From: an uncultured bacterium
Lineage (GTDB): Bacteria > Actinomycetota > Acidimicrobiia > Spongiisociales > UBA5794
Assembly: GCA_963801165.1 (NCBI GenBank)
Contig: CAWDDT010000011.1
Location: 32,001-96,000, forward strand
Direction: 5' to 3'
Length of the DNA stretch: 64,000 nucleotides
The position numbers and the translations under genes were made by a program. The notes beneath the pieces are model-generated. The model saw only the letters and a program-made list of their open reading frames with translations, searched no databases and was not told the origin of the DNA. Shown here piece after piece: positions 46,755 to 58,008 of the stretch (the first letter of the stretch is position 1; each line of letters starts with the position of its first letter).

Positions 46755-48308
46755 ATGATCGCCGAGGAGTCGCGCAAAGAGAACAGCGCCGATGCGGCCC
46801 ACCTGGCCAGAGGGAGCTCCCTCAGCCTCTTCGGAGGCGTAGCCGGGGCGGTGCTGGCGACTGCGATGATCCTCGTCGTGACCTGGGGTTTGGGCGCCGA
46901 TGAGGGGGGTGCCTTCTTCGAGGTGATCGCCCTGTTCAACATCGCCATCGTTGCCGTTGCCATCGGTTCCGACACAGGTCTGGTGCGTTTCACGGCTCGC
47001 TCGCTCGCTCTCGACGACGGGGCCAAACAAAACCGGCTTCTCCTGGTGGGGCTGGTGCCGGTCCTAACCATCGGGGTGATGGTGACCGTGGCCGGGCTGC
47101 TTCTCGCCCCCGCACTGGGACGATCGCTCGGCGGCGAGAGCCACGTAGCCGAGGTCACAAGCATGATCCGGGCCCTCGCCGTGTTCATCCCCATCGGCGC
47201 ACTGAACCTGGCGGTGCTCGGTACTACCCGCGGCTACGGAACGATGTTGCCCACCGTCGCTGCGGAACGGGCCGGTCGTCCTGCGGTGCAGCTTGCTCTT
47301 GTCGGTGCGGCGGTTGTCCTGGGAGTGTCGGCGACCTGGCTGGCGACAGCCTGGGCCGTCGGATTCGTGCTGTCGTTGCTGACCGCGGTGCTCTGGCTGG
47401 GACGGCTCAGGAGACGTCACGAGACAGGTCGACCCGCGACAAACCAACCGCTACGGGAAACCATTCGGGAGTTCTGGTCATTCACGCTGCCCCGTGCCCT
47501 CGCTTCGATCTTCCGGGTGGGTGTGCTCTGGCTGGACGTGGTGCTCGTGGGGGCTCTGATGTCGACCCGTGACGTCGCCATCTACACCGTCGCCACCAGG
47601 ATCGTGCAGGCGGGCTATCTGGCATCAGATGCGATCGGCCAGGCCGTGGAACCGATGTTCTCTTCGCTGCTCGCCCGCGGACACGCCGACCGCACCCACA
47701 ACGTGTATCAGGTCGCCACCGCATGGCTGATATCTCTGACCTGGCCCCTCTTCCTGGCTGCGCTAATCTTCGCTCCGACCATTCTCGGGCTGTTTGGTTC
47801 CGATTTCGCGACCTCCACCTCCGTGGTCACGATCCTGTCGCTCTCCGCTCTGATTGGTTGCGGGTTCGGCTCGATCGACATCCTCCTCGTCATGGCGGGC
47901 AAGAGCGTGTGGAGCTTGTGGAATTCGGCGGCGTCGCTGGCAACGAATCTCGGCCTCAATCTGATCCTGATCCCGACGATGGGGCTGAACGGGGCGGCAT
48001 TGGCGTGGGCGATAAGCCGCATCATCTCCAACTTCCTCCCCTTCATAGAGATGCATCGGCTGCTGGGGATCAACCCGCTTGGCCGTCGTTGGGCCGCGGC
48101 CGCGGGTGCTTCGGTACTGGCCTTTGCGGTGGTCGGCATCACCATGCGTCTCACCCTCGGCGACGGCCTCGGCGTCTTTCTCTCATACACAGTGATTGCC
48201 CTGGCCGTATATGGCGGCACGATCTGGAAGCTGCGCGACCACCTGGAGTTGGCTGCATTCACGGGGCTGGTGGGGACACGGTTCAAGAGGACCAGGAGCC
48301 CGGCGTGA
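46755..48308 (+). CDS. Oligosaccharide flippase (Wzx-like, MOP superfamily)
   Basis: About 12-14 TM segments; LARGS, D..LVG, LNLILIP..GLNGAALAW. Confidence 0.85.
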   Translation: MIAEESRKENSADAAHLARGSSLSLFGGVAGAVLATAMILVVTWGLGADEGGAFFEVIALFNIAIVAVAIGSDTGLVRFTARSLALDDGAKQNRLLLVGLVPVLTIGVMVTVAGLLLAPALGRSLGGESHVAEVTSMIRALAVFIPIGALNLAVLGTTRGYGTMLPTVAAERAGRPAVQLALVGAAVVLGVSATWLATAWAVGFVLSLLTAVLWLGRLRRRHETGRPATNQPLRETIREFWSFTLPRALASIFRVGVLWLDVVLVGALMSTRDVAIYTVATRIVQAGYLASDAIGQAVEPMFSSLLARGHADRTHNVYQVATAWLISLTWPLFLAALIFAPTILGLFGSDFATSTSVVTILSLSALIGCGFGSIDILLVMAGKSVWSLWNSAASLATNLGLNLILIPTMGLNGAALAWAISRIISNFLPFIEMHRLLGINPLGRRWAAAAGASVLAFAVVGITMRLTLGDGLGVFLSYTVIALAVYGGTIWKLRDHLELAAFTGLVGTRFKRTRSPA

Positions 48309-49174
48309 ACAAGAACTCCCGGATCCGCCGGACCCTTCGCCCGATCGCCTGGGATACCCTGTCTGCATTGCTGCGACCAACCACGAGTTGGCGGGTCCTG
48401 CCCGATTACCTGATCGTCGGCACCCAGCGGGGCGGGACGACCTCACTCCAGAACGCGCTCGTGGCCCATCCGAACATTGCCTCGGCGCGCCTCAGGAAGG
48501 GCGTCCACTATTTCGACACGGCATACGACCGCGGGCCGGGCTGGTACCGGTTGCAGTTCCCCACCCGGGCATACACCCGGCTGGTGGAGAAACGAACCGG
48601 TGACCCTCTCCTGATCGGCGAGGCCAGCCCCTACTACATGTTCCACCCGCTCGCACCAGAGCGTATCGCCCGCGATGTGCCCGGCGTCAAGCTGATCGTC
48701 ATGCTGCGCGATCCGGTGGAGCGCGCAATCTCGCACCACAAACACGAGGTGCGGCGGGGCAACGAGCCGCTCGATCTCGAAATGGCTATCGAAGCGGAAC
48801 CGGCTCGCCTGGCGGGGGAGAAGGAACGCATCAAGCGGGACCAGCCCGGCTACAACAGCTTCGCTCACCAGACCTTCTCCTATGTCGAGCGCGGGCTCTA
48901 TGCCGACCAGGTCGCCAATCTGTTCAACAGGTTCGGCCGCGACCGGGTCCTTGTTCTCTCGAGTGAGCATGTTTTTGCCGAACCGGAGGATGCACTGCGC
49001 ACTGTCCTCGCGTTCCTCGACGTCCCCGGCGCTGCTCCCGGCGAGTTTCCCCACATGAACCCAACACCCGACACGACGGTCCCGGAAACCACCCGCCTGC
49101 ACCTCCGCGACGTTTTCGCCGACAGCAACGAGCGCCTGTTCTCACTGCTCGGGGAGAGATTCCCGTGGCAATGA
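48305..49174 (+). CDS. Sulfotransferase (heparan-sulfate sulfotransferase-like motifs)
   Basis: 5'PSB PDYLIVGTQRGGTTSL, GEASPYY, 3'PB LRDPVERAISH, RGLY; GTG 48305. Confidence 0.9.
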   Translation: MNKNSRIRRTLRPIAWDTLSALLRPTTSWRVLPDYLIVGTQRGGTTSLQNALVAHPNIASARLRKGVHYFDTAYDRGPGWYRLQFPTRAYTRLVEKRTGDPLLIGEASPYYMFHPLAPERIARDVPGVKLIVMLRDPVERAISHHKHEVRRGNEPLDLEMAIEAEPARLAGEKERIKRDQPGYNSFAHQTFSYVERGLYADQVANLFNRFGRDRVLVLSSEHVFAEPEDALRTVLAFLDVPGAAPGEFPHMNPTPDTTVPETTRLHLRDVFADSNERLFSLLGERFPWQ

Positions 49175-50313
49175 GAGCGGACTTCGAGCTCCACCTCGCA
49201 GCCGGGCTGTGGGACACCGGGGACATCGTCTCATCACGAGAACTACCCGAGGGTTTCGCCGACCACGTGGCGCTGACCCGCGACGACTCGCTCGTGCTCA
49301 TCCCTATGCACCCGCGCCGGGCACGGGCGGCGTCACCACAACGATGGACCGATCACATGTCGACCCCCACGGTCCTGGCTCGTCTTGCACTTGGGTTCGC
49401 CCTGCGTACCGGTGTCGCCCGGGCCTTCTTCCACAACCGGGTCGGCATCCGGACCACGGACGGTGACGGTCCCACACTCCACGAGCATCTCGCCGCGGTG
49501 TTCGATGTGCCCCGGGTCGCCGTGGCCGGCGCGTGGGGTCCGCCCCGGCCCAATCAGAAGCCGGTGCTCCAGGTATTCGACGAATCGGGCGAAACTCTCG
49601 GGTTCGCCAAGATCGGCTGGAACGCCCTGACCAGGGAACTCGTCGACACCGAAGCGGCCTTCCTCGGCACCGAACCCCGTCTTCGCTACATGCGGGTGCC
49701 CCGGCTTGTTCACCACGGCACCTGGCGGGACAACTCGATTTCGATATCCGCGCCCGAGCTGGGCCCCATCGGGTGGCATCGGGCATCCCGGCCGGGGCCC
49801 GAGATCCTCGCCGAGCTGGCGGGCCTGAGCCCTCGCTACCGGGCACGGCTCGACACGAGCCCCTACCGGGCTGTGTTAGAGACCCGCACCGCTGGATGGC
49901 GATCAGACGAGGTCGCCACCGCCCTCACCGCTGTCGACCACCGCTGGGGCGAATCGGAGGTGGAGTTCGGCCATTGGCACGGCGACTGGGCACCATGGAA
50001 TATGAACAGCAAGGGGCCGCGATGCATCGTGTGGGACTGGGAGCGAACCGGACCCGGCACGCCCGTTGGCTTCGACGCGATCCACTACGGCTTTCATACC
50101 GCGGTGGCCAAGGGGGTGTCGCCGGTGGTGGCGCTCAGCGATGCGGCCGCATACGCAGCCAGGGATTTGGCGGCGTTGGGGATCCTCTCGCCCGATACCG
50201 GGGCGTTGGCAGTGTTGTACGCGATCGAGATGCGGACCCGCTTCCGAGCAGACGATGTCGCCTGGCTGAACGGATTGCTACCGGCCGCGGTCGACCTCTT
50301 CGCCCGCAAGTGA
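49171..50313 (+). CDS. APH/choline-kinase-like phosphotransferase
   Basis: FAKIG lysine, HGDWAPWN catalytic loop, WDWE. Confidence 0.75.
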   Translation: MRADFELHLAAGLWDTGDIVSSRELPEGFADHVALTRDDSLVLIPMHPRRARAASPQRWTDHMSTPTVLARLALGFALRTGVARAFFHNRVGIRTTDGDGPTLHEHLAAVFDVPRVAVAGAWGPPRPNQKPVLQVFDESGETLGFAKIGWNALTRELVDTEAAFLGTEPRLRYMRVPRLVHHGTWRDNSISISAPELGPIGWHRASRPGPEILAELAGLSPRYRARLDTSPYRAVLETRTAGWRSDEVATALTAVDHRWGESEVEFGHWHGDWAPWNMNSKGPRCIVWDWERTGPGTPVGFDAIHYGFHTAVAKGVSPVVALSDAAAYAARDLAALGILSPDTGALAVLYAIEMRTRFRADDVAWLNGLLPAAVDLFARK

Positions 50314-51117
50314 AACGCCGTCGGGCTCCCACCGTCCCCGGATCAGCCAGAAGTAGACAGAAATGACGAATGCCGCAATGAAAGCCTCAGTCGTCGTCTC
50401 CAACCACGCGAACACCGACCGTGGTGCCAGCCCCCAGTGGAGCCAGGCCTGTGTGACAAGCGGCGTAGCAGCCAGACACGCCAGCCACACCCACATCCTC
50501 TGCCTACCAGCCACCAGATCGAAGTAGGCGGGAATCAACAGCATCGCCATATATGCCTCGGTGTTGACTTGGAGCCAAGCCGCAAGATCGGGAGAAATGT
50601 GATCGGACACAAACGACTGCTGGGCCAGGACCGCGACCAGGACCACTGCCCCGTAGTAAACGGCACGCTGCCAGCCGGGAACAATCGCGGCGCCGGTCAC
50701 GAGACGGCGCCGCCGGTGCGCAATGCCGCGCGACCAACCGAGGTATACGGAAACAACCGCAATGCCGAGAAACCCCTCGCCAAGCGTGATGATCGACTGT
50801 GGCAGCATGTCTCTCATCGGGGCTGCAGCCCGTGCCTGGAGGATGAAGGTGGTGACGACCATCGCTCCCACCCAGACAACCTGGTACGACAGTTGCACTG
50901 CGCCGCCTACAGACGCGACCGCGCCCCTGCCGTCCGGATCGCATCGATATGCGAACATGTCCCAGTATGCCGGGAGCCACATGAGCACGTACGCCTCGCT
51001 GTTGCGACGCAGGAAGGCGGCCATGCCCACCCCGAGGAATCTGGCAACCACGGTCTGGTGCACACAGACCCCGACGATCAACACGACGACGTAGTAGCCG
51101 ACTCGGCGGAGAATCAT
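50278..51117 (-). CDS. Internally duplicated membrane protein, hypothetical
   Basis: About eight TM segments; NSEAYVLMWLPAYWD vs NTEAYMAMLLIPAYFD, and GEGFLGIAVVSVY vs TEAFIAAFVISVY. Confidence 0.65.
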   Translation of the reverse strand: MILRRVGYYVVVLIVGVCVHQTVVARFLGVGMAAFLRRNSEAYVLMWLPAYWDMFAYRCDPDGRGAVASVGGAVQLSYQVVWVGAMVVTTFILQARAAAPMRDMLPQSIITLGEGFLGIAVVSVYLGWSRGIAHRRRRLVTGAAIVPGWQRAVYYGAVVLVAVLAQQSFVSDHISPDLAAWLQVNTEAYMAMLLIPAYFDLVAGRQRMWVWLACLAATPLVTQAWLHWGLAPRSVFAWLETTTEAFIAAFVISVYFWLIRGRWEPDGVSLAGEEVDRGR

Positions 51118-52093
51118 GACTGACATCGTTCGAACCGAGCGTAGCGACAGAGACTCGCAAACGCGCCCCGCCGACCCCTCCTCCCCCCGTGTTCTGGTGA
51201 TCGCCGGTTGGGGCAGAAGCGGCTCGACGATCCTGGCCAACGTGCTCGGTAGCGCACCGGGGGTCGTCACTCTCGGCGAGATCAACAACATCTGGCAGCG
51301 CGGATTTGGTGACGACCTTCTCTGCTCATGTGGGGAGCCGTTTAGTCGCTGTCCCATGTGGAGGCCGGTAGCCGGGCGCGCCTTCGGCAACGACGTGAAA
51401 AAGGTCGCCCTCAGGGCGGCACAGGCGTCCACAGGTCTCGGCAACACTTGGTTGATCAAGAGACGACTCCCCGGGCTGGCGCCGCGCGTCGCCCACCGCG
51501 CCGACGATTATGCCGAGCTGCTCGGCACGCTGTATACGGCAGCGGCAGCAGAGACCGGAGCCCGACTTCTCGTCGATTCGTCCAAGTCGCCATGGCACTG
51601 CGCCGTGGCCGCGTCACTTCCGGGCGTCGAGGTCTCGGTTCTTCTTCTGATCCGGGACCCGCGGGGCGTTGCCTACAGCCTGCGCAAGAAGGTCGGCTAC
51701 CAGACCGGCGGATCCCAGATCTACATGGACCAGCACAGCGCAACCGCCTCATCGCTCGCCTGGGTATACCGAAACCGCCTCGTAGAGTGGGAATGGCGCG
51801 ACGATCCGGCATATCTGCAAATGCGCTACGAGGACTTTACTGCAGACCCCCGCGGACAGCTGGCCAGGATCCAAGAGCTGGTCGGGATCGGCGACGCATC
51901 ACCCGTGTTCGCCGGCCCGAACGAAGTGAACGTCACACCGTCGCACAATATCTCCGGAAACCCGGTTCGATTCCAGAACGGAACCGTCACCCTACGTGCC
52001 GACGACACGTGGCGCGGCGCACTCCCCAAGTCCATCCAGACATACGTGCGTGCGATCACATGGCCCCACATGAGCCACTTCGGCTACCGATGA
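51116..52093 (+). CDS. Sulfotransferase
   Basis: IAGWGRSGSTIL, CSCG...CP.W, VDSSK, LIRDPRGVAYS, RYEDF. Confidence 0.9.
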   Translation: MTDIVRTERSDRDSQTRPADPSSPRVLVIAGWGRSGSTILANVLGSAPGVVTLGEINNIWQRGFGDDLLCSCGEPFSRCPMWRPVAGRAFGNDVKKVALRAAQASTGLGNTWLIKRRLPGLAPRVAHRADDYAELLGTLYTAAAAETGARLLVDSSKSPWHCAVAASLPGVEVSVLLLIRDPRGVAYSLRKKVGYQTGGSQIYMDQHSATASSLAWVYRNRLVEWEWRDDPAYLQMRYEDFTADPRGQLARIQELVGIGDASPVFAGPNEVNVTPSHNISGNPVRFQNGTVTLRADDTWRGALPKSIQTYVRAITWPHMSHFGYR

Positions 52094-52130
52094 GCCTGCA
52101 CGCCGGAACCGTTGTTATCCTCCCGTGAGG

Positions 52131-52241
52131 ATGGAAGAGCAACAGAACGAACCCAGCGGATTCTGGTCCCCGGCCCGTTTTGCCCTAGCGCTGGCCCTCT
52201 GGCTGGCGGCGCTGGTCGTCGGGTTCCATCTGGTGGGATGA
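52131..52241 (+). CDS. Small single-TM protein (36 aa), hypothetical
   Basis: MEEQQNEPSGFWSPARFALALALWLAALVVGFHLVG; TGnTATCCT extended -10-like motif just upstream. Confidence 0.45.
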   Translation: MEEQQNEPSGFWSPARFALALALWLAALVVGFHLVG

Positions 52242-52345
52242 GCACAACAGGGCCGGCTATGGCACTACCCGACCCCCGGCGGCCGTGACGAGACGGTCAC
52301 ATCCGGGGCCGGTAAACTAGCTGGACCCGGAGGAAAGGCACCCAG

Positions 52346-53263
52346 TTGAAACGTTACCGGCCGCAGATTCTGCTCCTCATCGGAGCGGCGATCACGATGA
52401 TGTCGATCCTCTGGGAGCTCGTCCGGATGAACCCCCAGACCTCGTACCTCGTTGACCCCTGGTCCCGGCGCGGTTACCAGTCGGTGCACGGTTCTCTGAT
52501 CTTCACGATCGGTGGCCTCATCCTCATCTTCGGTTTGCTCACGTTCTTCAACTCCTCCCTCAAACCACTGTGGAGCCGCCTCATCGCCCTGGTCATGGCG
52601 CTCGGTGCCGTCGTAGTGGCGATGCTCTACGGTGGCAGCGAGAGCGCCATGGGCGGCGGGATGGTGGGCTCGGTTGTCGCCCTGCTCGGCGCCTTTGTCG
52701 TCATGAACCTCGTCGACACCTTGCTGCCCGAGCTGAGCTCGAGCATCCGGCTCCTGATTGGTTCCGTAACGTTCATCGTGGCTTTTTTCGTGCTGGAACT
52801 CGTGCTGGGAACCTCTCACAGTGCCAAACCCTGGGTATGGATCGCCGTTGCCTCTGTCATCGCCTTTGGTATCGCCGCTACGGGGAAACACCCCCAGCTC
52901 TCGGCGAACCGGATGCTGATGCTCATGACCATGTTTGGGTGGGTGGCCATCGCCGTTTCTGCCGCGGTTGCGCGTACGAGCCTCGTCACCGCCCAGGTAG
53001 AACGGTCGATTGCCGAGACCGGCGCTCCGCTCTTCGGGGACTACAAGGACGTGCAGGTCACATCGGGTTACTTCCTGGCCTTGTTCGGCATGATGGTCGC
53101 GTTCGTCGCCTCCGTGTCGCTATGGGCCAAACGGCGCGACATCATCATCAATCAGGAGCGGGCCGAGCGCCAGCGCGCAGCCGCCGAGGCCAGCGCCGCC
53201 GAGATCAAAACAGCCCTGGAAATCGCCCAGCGGCATCAGCGGGAAGCGCGGGCGGCTCAATAG
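52346..53263 (+). CDS. Polytopic membrane protein with C-terminal coiled coil, hypothetical
   Basis: About 8-9 TM segments; RBS ggaggaaagg before TTG. Confidence 0.75.
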   Translation: MKRYRPQILLLIGAAITMMSILWELVRMNPQTSYLVDPWSRRGYQSVHGSLIFTIGGLILIFGLLTFFNSSLKPLWSRLIALVMALGAVVVAMLYGGSESAMGGGMVGSVVALLGAFVVMNLVDTLLPELSSSIRLLIGSVTFIVAFFVLELVLGTSHSAKPWVWIAVASVIAFGIAATGKHPQLSANRMLMLMTMFGWVAIAVSAAVARTSLVTAQVERSIAETGAPLFGDYKDVQVTSGYFLALFGMMVAFVASVSLWAKRRDIIINQERAERQRAAAEASAAEIKTALEIAQRHQREARAAQ

Positions 53264-53275
53264 CAGTCGGGATCC

Positions 53276-54211
53276 TCAGAGACCCAGATCCTCCAGGTCG
53301 GTTACCTTGGCACGAACGGCATCAGCCGCGGCCACCAGAGCCTGTCTTTCCTCGTCGGTGATCGGCTCCTCGACGATGCGACGGACGCCGACCGCCCCGA
53401 TCTCGGCCATGACTCCGAGATAAACGTCCTCGATGCCGTATTCACCGGTCATCCACGCACTTACCGGAATGTGCTTACCCGAGTCCTCGATGACGGCCCG
53501 TGCCATACACGCCGCCGCGGCCGACGGGGCGAAGTAGGCGCTGCCGGTCTTGAGCAGACCCACGATCTCGGCACCACCGTTCCTGGTGCGCTCGACGAGC
53601 TCTTCGATTGTCTCAGGGGACAGCACCTCGGTGAGCGGCTTGCCTTCGATGCGACAAAGCGATGGGACCGGAACCATCGTCGCACCGTGGCTGCCAAAGG
53701 TGAAAGCCTCGATGCTCTGGATGTCGACACCGGTCTCCTCCGAGATGAAGTGGGCGAAACGCGAGCTGTCGAGGACCCCTGCCTGGCCAAACACGCGTTG
53801 GTGCGGGAAACCTGACACCTGGGCGGTGAGGGTCGTCATCTGGTCGAGCGGGTTAGTGACCACTATCAGCGACGCATCCGGTGAGTATTGGCTGACCTGC
53901 TGGGCAACGCCTTTGACGATCTTGGCGTTCACCTCGAGTAGATCCATCCGGGACATCCCCGGCTTGCGAGGTAGCCCTGCGGTGATGATCACGACATCGC
54001 TGTCGGCCGTATCCGCATAATCGTTGGTACCCACGACCCGGGTGTGATGCCCCATGACCGGCCGACTCTGGTTCATGTCGAGCGCAAGCCCCTGAGGAAG
54101 ACCCTCGACGATATCGGTCATCACAACCGTCTCGACGATGTCCCATTCCGAGAGGCGGTTGACGGTGGCCGAGCCGTACTTGCCGGCTCCAATTACAGTG
54201 ATTTTGCTCAT
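53276..54211 (-). CDS. mdh: Malate dehydrogenase (LDH-like)
   Basis: GAGKYG, TAGLPRKPGMSRMDL, VTNPLD, LDSSRF, GSAYFAP. Confidence 0.95.
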   Translation of the reverse strand: MSKITVIGAGKYGSATVNRLSEWDIVETVVMTDIVEGLPQGLALDMNQSRPVMGHHTRVVGTNDYADTADSDVVIITAGLPRKPGMSRMDLLEVNAKIVKGVAQQVSQYSPDASLIVVTNPLDQMTTLTAQVSGFPHQRVFGQAGVLDSSRFAHFISEETGVDIQSIEAFTFGSHGATMVPVPSLCRIEGKPLTEVLSPETIEELVERTRNGGAEIVGLLKTGSAYFAPSAAAACMARAVIEDSGKHIPVSAWMTGEYGIEDVYLGVMAEIGAVGVRRIVEEPITDEERQALVAAADAVRAKVTDLEDLGL

Positions 54212-54227
54212 ACCTGTTTACCTCCAG

Positions 54228-55430
<1,203 letters not shown>

Positions 55431-55540
55431 CGGGCAAGTCCTCCAAGATGTCGACTCCTACCGAGGCTAGTGTCCTGACGTACCGCCTGCTGACTGATCC
55501 TGCCGCGGTTGAGAGCCCACCGATCCGAGAACGCTGATCG

Positions 55541-56395
55541 CTAGGCGATCGAGAGCTCCGCTGCGGTGACCGCGTTCTCCATCAGCGCGGCCACGGTCAT
55601 CAGACCGACACCGCCGGGCACCGGGGTGATGGCACCGGCCACCTCGACCGCCGATTCGAAGTCGACGTCTCCCACAAGTCCGTCATCGGTCCGGTTGATG
55701 CCGACGTCGATGACCACCGCCCCCGGTTTCAGCTGCGAGCCATGAACGAAGTTGGGGCGACCGATGGCGGCCACGATGATGTCCGCTTGCCTGGTCAGCT
55801 CAGCGAGGTTGCGGGTACGGGAATGCGCCTGGACGACCGTTGCGTCCACTCCCTTGGCTCCCAGGAGCAGCGCCATCGGCTTCCCGACGAGGAAGGAACG
55901 CCCGATGATGACCGCGAGCTTGCCCTGGGTGGGTATCTCGTAATGCTCGAAAATGCGCATGATCCCGCTCGGCGTCGCCGGCTGCAGCCGAGCACGCTCC
56001 AGTACCACCAAACCAAGGTTGAACGGGTGGAGTCCATCGGCGTCCTTGGCGGGGTCGATGGTCTCGACCGCCTTGTTCCCGTCGAGGTCCCCCGGCAGGG
56101 GAAGCTGCACGATCATCCCGTCGACCTCGGGGTCGGCGTTCAGCGACCGAACCATGTCCTCGACCTCCTGCTGTGTCGAATCAGCAGGCAGGTGATGATC
56201 GAACGAGAGCATGCCGGCCTTCTCGGCGGCGCGGTGCTTGCTGCGCACGTACACCTCCGAAGCGGGATCCTCGCCAACGAGCACTGTGGCGAGACCAACG
56301 GACTTGCCTCGCTCCTTGAGCGCCGCAACCCGGTCGGCGACCCGGCTGCGGACGACCGCGGCAACCTCTTTGCCCGAGAGTATTTGCGCACTCAA
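55541..56395 (-). CDS. folD: Methylenetetrahydrofolate dehydrogenase/cyclohydrolase
   Basis: VQLPLP, KDADG, GRS.LVGKP, TPVPGGVG. Confidence 0.96.
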   Translation of the reverse strand: MSAQILSGKEVAAVVRSRVADRVAALKERGKSVGLATVLVGEDPASEVYVRSKHRAAEKAGMLSFDHHLPADSTQQEVEDMVRSLNADPEVDGMIVQLPLPGDLDGNKAVETIDPAKDADGLHPFNLGLVVLERARLQPATPSGIMRIFEHYEIPTQGKLAVIIGRSFLVGKPMALLLGAKGVDATVVQAHSRTRNLAELTRQADIIVAAIGRPNFVHGSQLKPGAVVIDVGINRTDDGLVGDVDFESAVEVAGAITPVPGGVGLMTVAALMENAVTAAELSIA

Positions 56396-57942
56396 TGTTT
56401 GAAATGCCTTCTGCTTGTGAAAACGATCGCCATGTTGTGCTCGTTGGCGGCCGTGACAACATCCTCGTCGCGAACGGAGCCTCCCGGCTCAACAACTGCG
56501 ATGACGCCCGCAGCCGCGAGCCGGTCGATGGAATCGCGAAATGGGAAGAACGCGTCGGACGCAACGACGCCGCCGTAGGCCCGATCACCTGCCTGATCAA
56601 GCGCTCGAGTTGCCGCACCGACCCGTGATTGATCGCCCGCACCAACACCTACCGCAGCACGGTCTTTGGCGATCACGATGGCGTTCGACTTGGTATGGGC
56701 AACCACGGTCCAAGCAAACTGGAGGTCGAGCAGTATGTCGGTGTTGACGGGCCGCTCCCCTACCGACTCCCAGTTGTCGGGCATCCTCCCCGGTGTGGGC
56801 ATACCGACCTCGTCACGATGCTGGGCAACGAAGCCGTCCTCGATCCTCCTCAGATCGAGATCGTTGTTCCGCGGCACGGGAGCGGTCAACACGCGCAAAT
56901 TCGTCCTTCTGGCGAGGATCTCCCGCGCACCCGCCGTGACGATTGGGGCGATGACGACCTCGACGAAGTTCTCGATGATCAACCGGGCCGCCGGCTCGTC
57001 GAGAGGAGCGTTGACGGCGACAACGCTGCCGTATGCAGCGGCCGGGTCACACTCCCATGCCGTGATGAAGGCCTCCTGGACCGTTGACCGGCTCGCAACA
57101 CCACAGGGGTTGGCGTGTTTGACTATGACCGCGGTCGGATCCCTGAATTCGTTGACCAGACGCCAACCGGCCTCGGTGTCGAGATAGTTGTTGAAGGACA
57201 TTTCCTTGCCCTGCGTCTGCTCCATCGACAGCCACCACCCGGAACCACCGCCTTCGGTGTAAACGGCCGCCGCCTGGTGCGGGTTCTCGCCATAGCGCAG
57301 CCCGGCGACTCGATCGAACGCCACGACCATCCGCTCCGGCAGCTCTCCTCCCAACCGCTCCAACCAGGAGACGATCGCAGCGTCATAGCTGGCCGTCCGG
57401 TAGAAGGCAGCACGAGCCAACTTGCGGCGCAGTTCATCGTCGAGACCACCATCCGCGATGGCCGCCCCCACCTCGGCGTATTGGTCGGGCGACGTGACGA
57501 TGCCCACCCACTTGTGGTTCTTCGCTGCTGCCCGGACCATGGTCGGCCCGCCGATGTCGATGAGCTCGATCATCTCGTCCTCGCTCAGGTCCCCCCTGGC
57601 GACGCCCGCCTCGAACGGGTAGAGGTTGACAACAACGAGTTGAATAGGGGCGAGACCCCGGTCGTATAGCTGTTGGCGGTGATCCGGATTGCCAAGATCG
57701 GCGAGGATCGCCCCATGGATCGCGGGATGCAGAGTCTTGACCCTGCCGTCGAGCATCTCTCCGGACTTGGTTATCTCCTCGACGGGGGTCACCGGGAGCC
57801 CGCCGGTGCGCAACTCGCGTGCCGTACCGCCCGATGCGACCAGCTCGACGCCCGACGTCACCAGCCGTGTCGCCAGGTCCAGCAGACCCGTCTTGTCGCT
57901 CACCGACAGCAGCGCGCGCCGGACCTTGGTTCGATTCATCAC
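56392..57942 (-). CDS. purH: AICAR transformylase/IMP cyclohydrolase
   Basis: ALLSVSDK, GRVKTLHP, IDIGGP, RYGENPHQ, ASDAFFPF. Confidence 0.96.
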   Translation of the reverse strand: MMNRTKVRRALLSVSDKTGLLDLATRLVTSGVELVASGGTARELRTGGLPVTPVEEITKSGEMLDGRVKTLHPAIHGAILADLGNPDHRQQLYDRGLAPIQLVVVNLYPFEAGVARGDLSEDEMIELIDIGGPTMVRAAAKNHKWVGIVTSPDQYAEVGAAIADGGLDDELRRKLARAAFYRTASYDAAIVSWLERLGGELPERMVVAFDRVAGLRYGENPHQAAAVYTEGGGSGWWLSMEQTQGKEMSFNNYLDTEAGWRLVNEFRDPTAVIVKHANPCGVASRSTVQEAFITAWECDPAAAYGSVVAVNAPLDEPAARLIIENFVEVVIAPIVTAGAREILARRTNLRVLTAPVPRNNDLDLRRIEDGFVAQHRDEVGMPTPGRMPDNWESVGERPVNTDILLDLQFAWTVVAHTKSNAIVIAKDRAAVGVGAGDQSRVGAATRALDQAGDRAYGGVVASDAFFPFRDSIDRLAAAGVIAVVEPGGSVRDEDVVTAANEHNMAIVFTSRRHFKH

Positions 57943-58008
57943 GACCCCTTGACTCGATCCGCTTCTCGAGTACCTGTTGTCGGCAGATTAGGCGTGCCGT
58001 CTGAAGCA

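Noticed and set aside
57943-58008. ZTP riboswitch or purN remnant before purH
   Set aside because: Too short; no recognisable riboswitch motif or PurN-like translation
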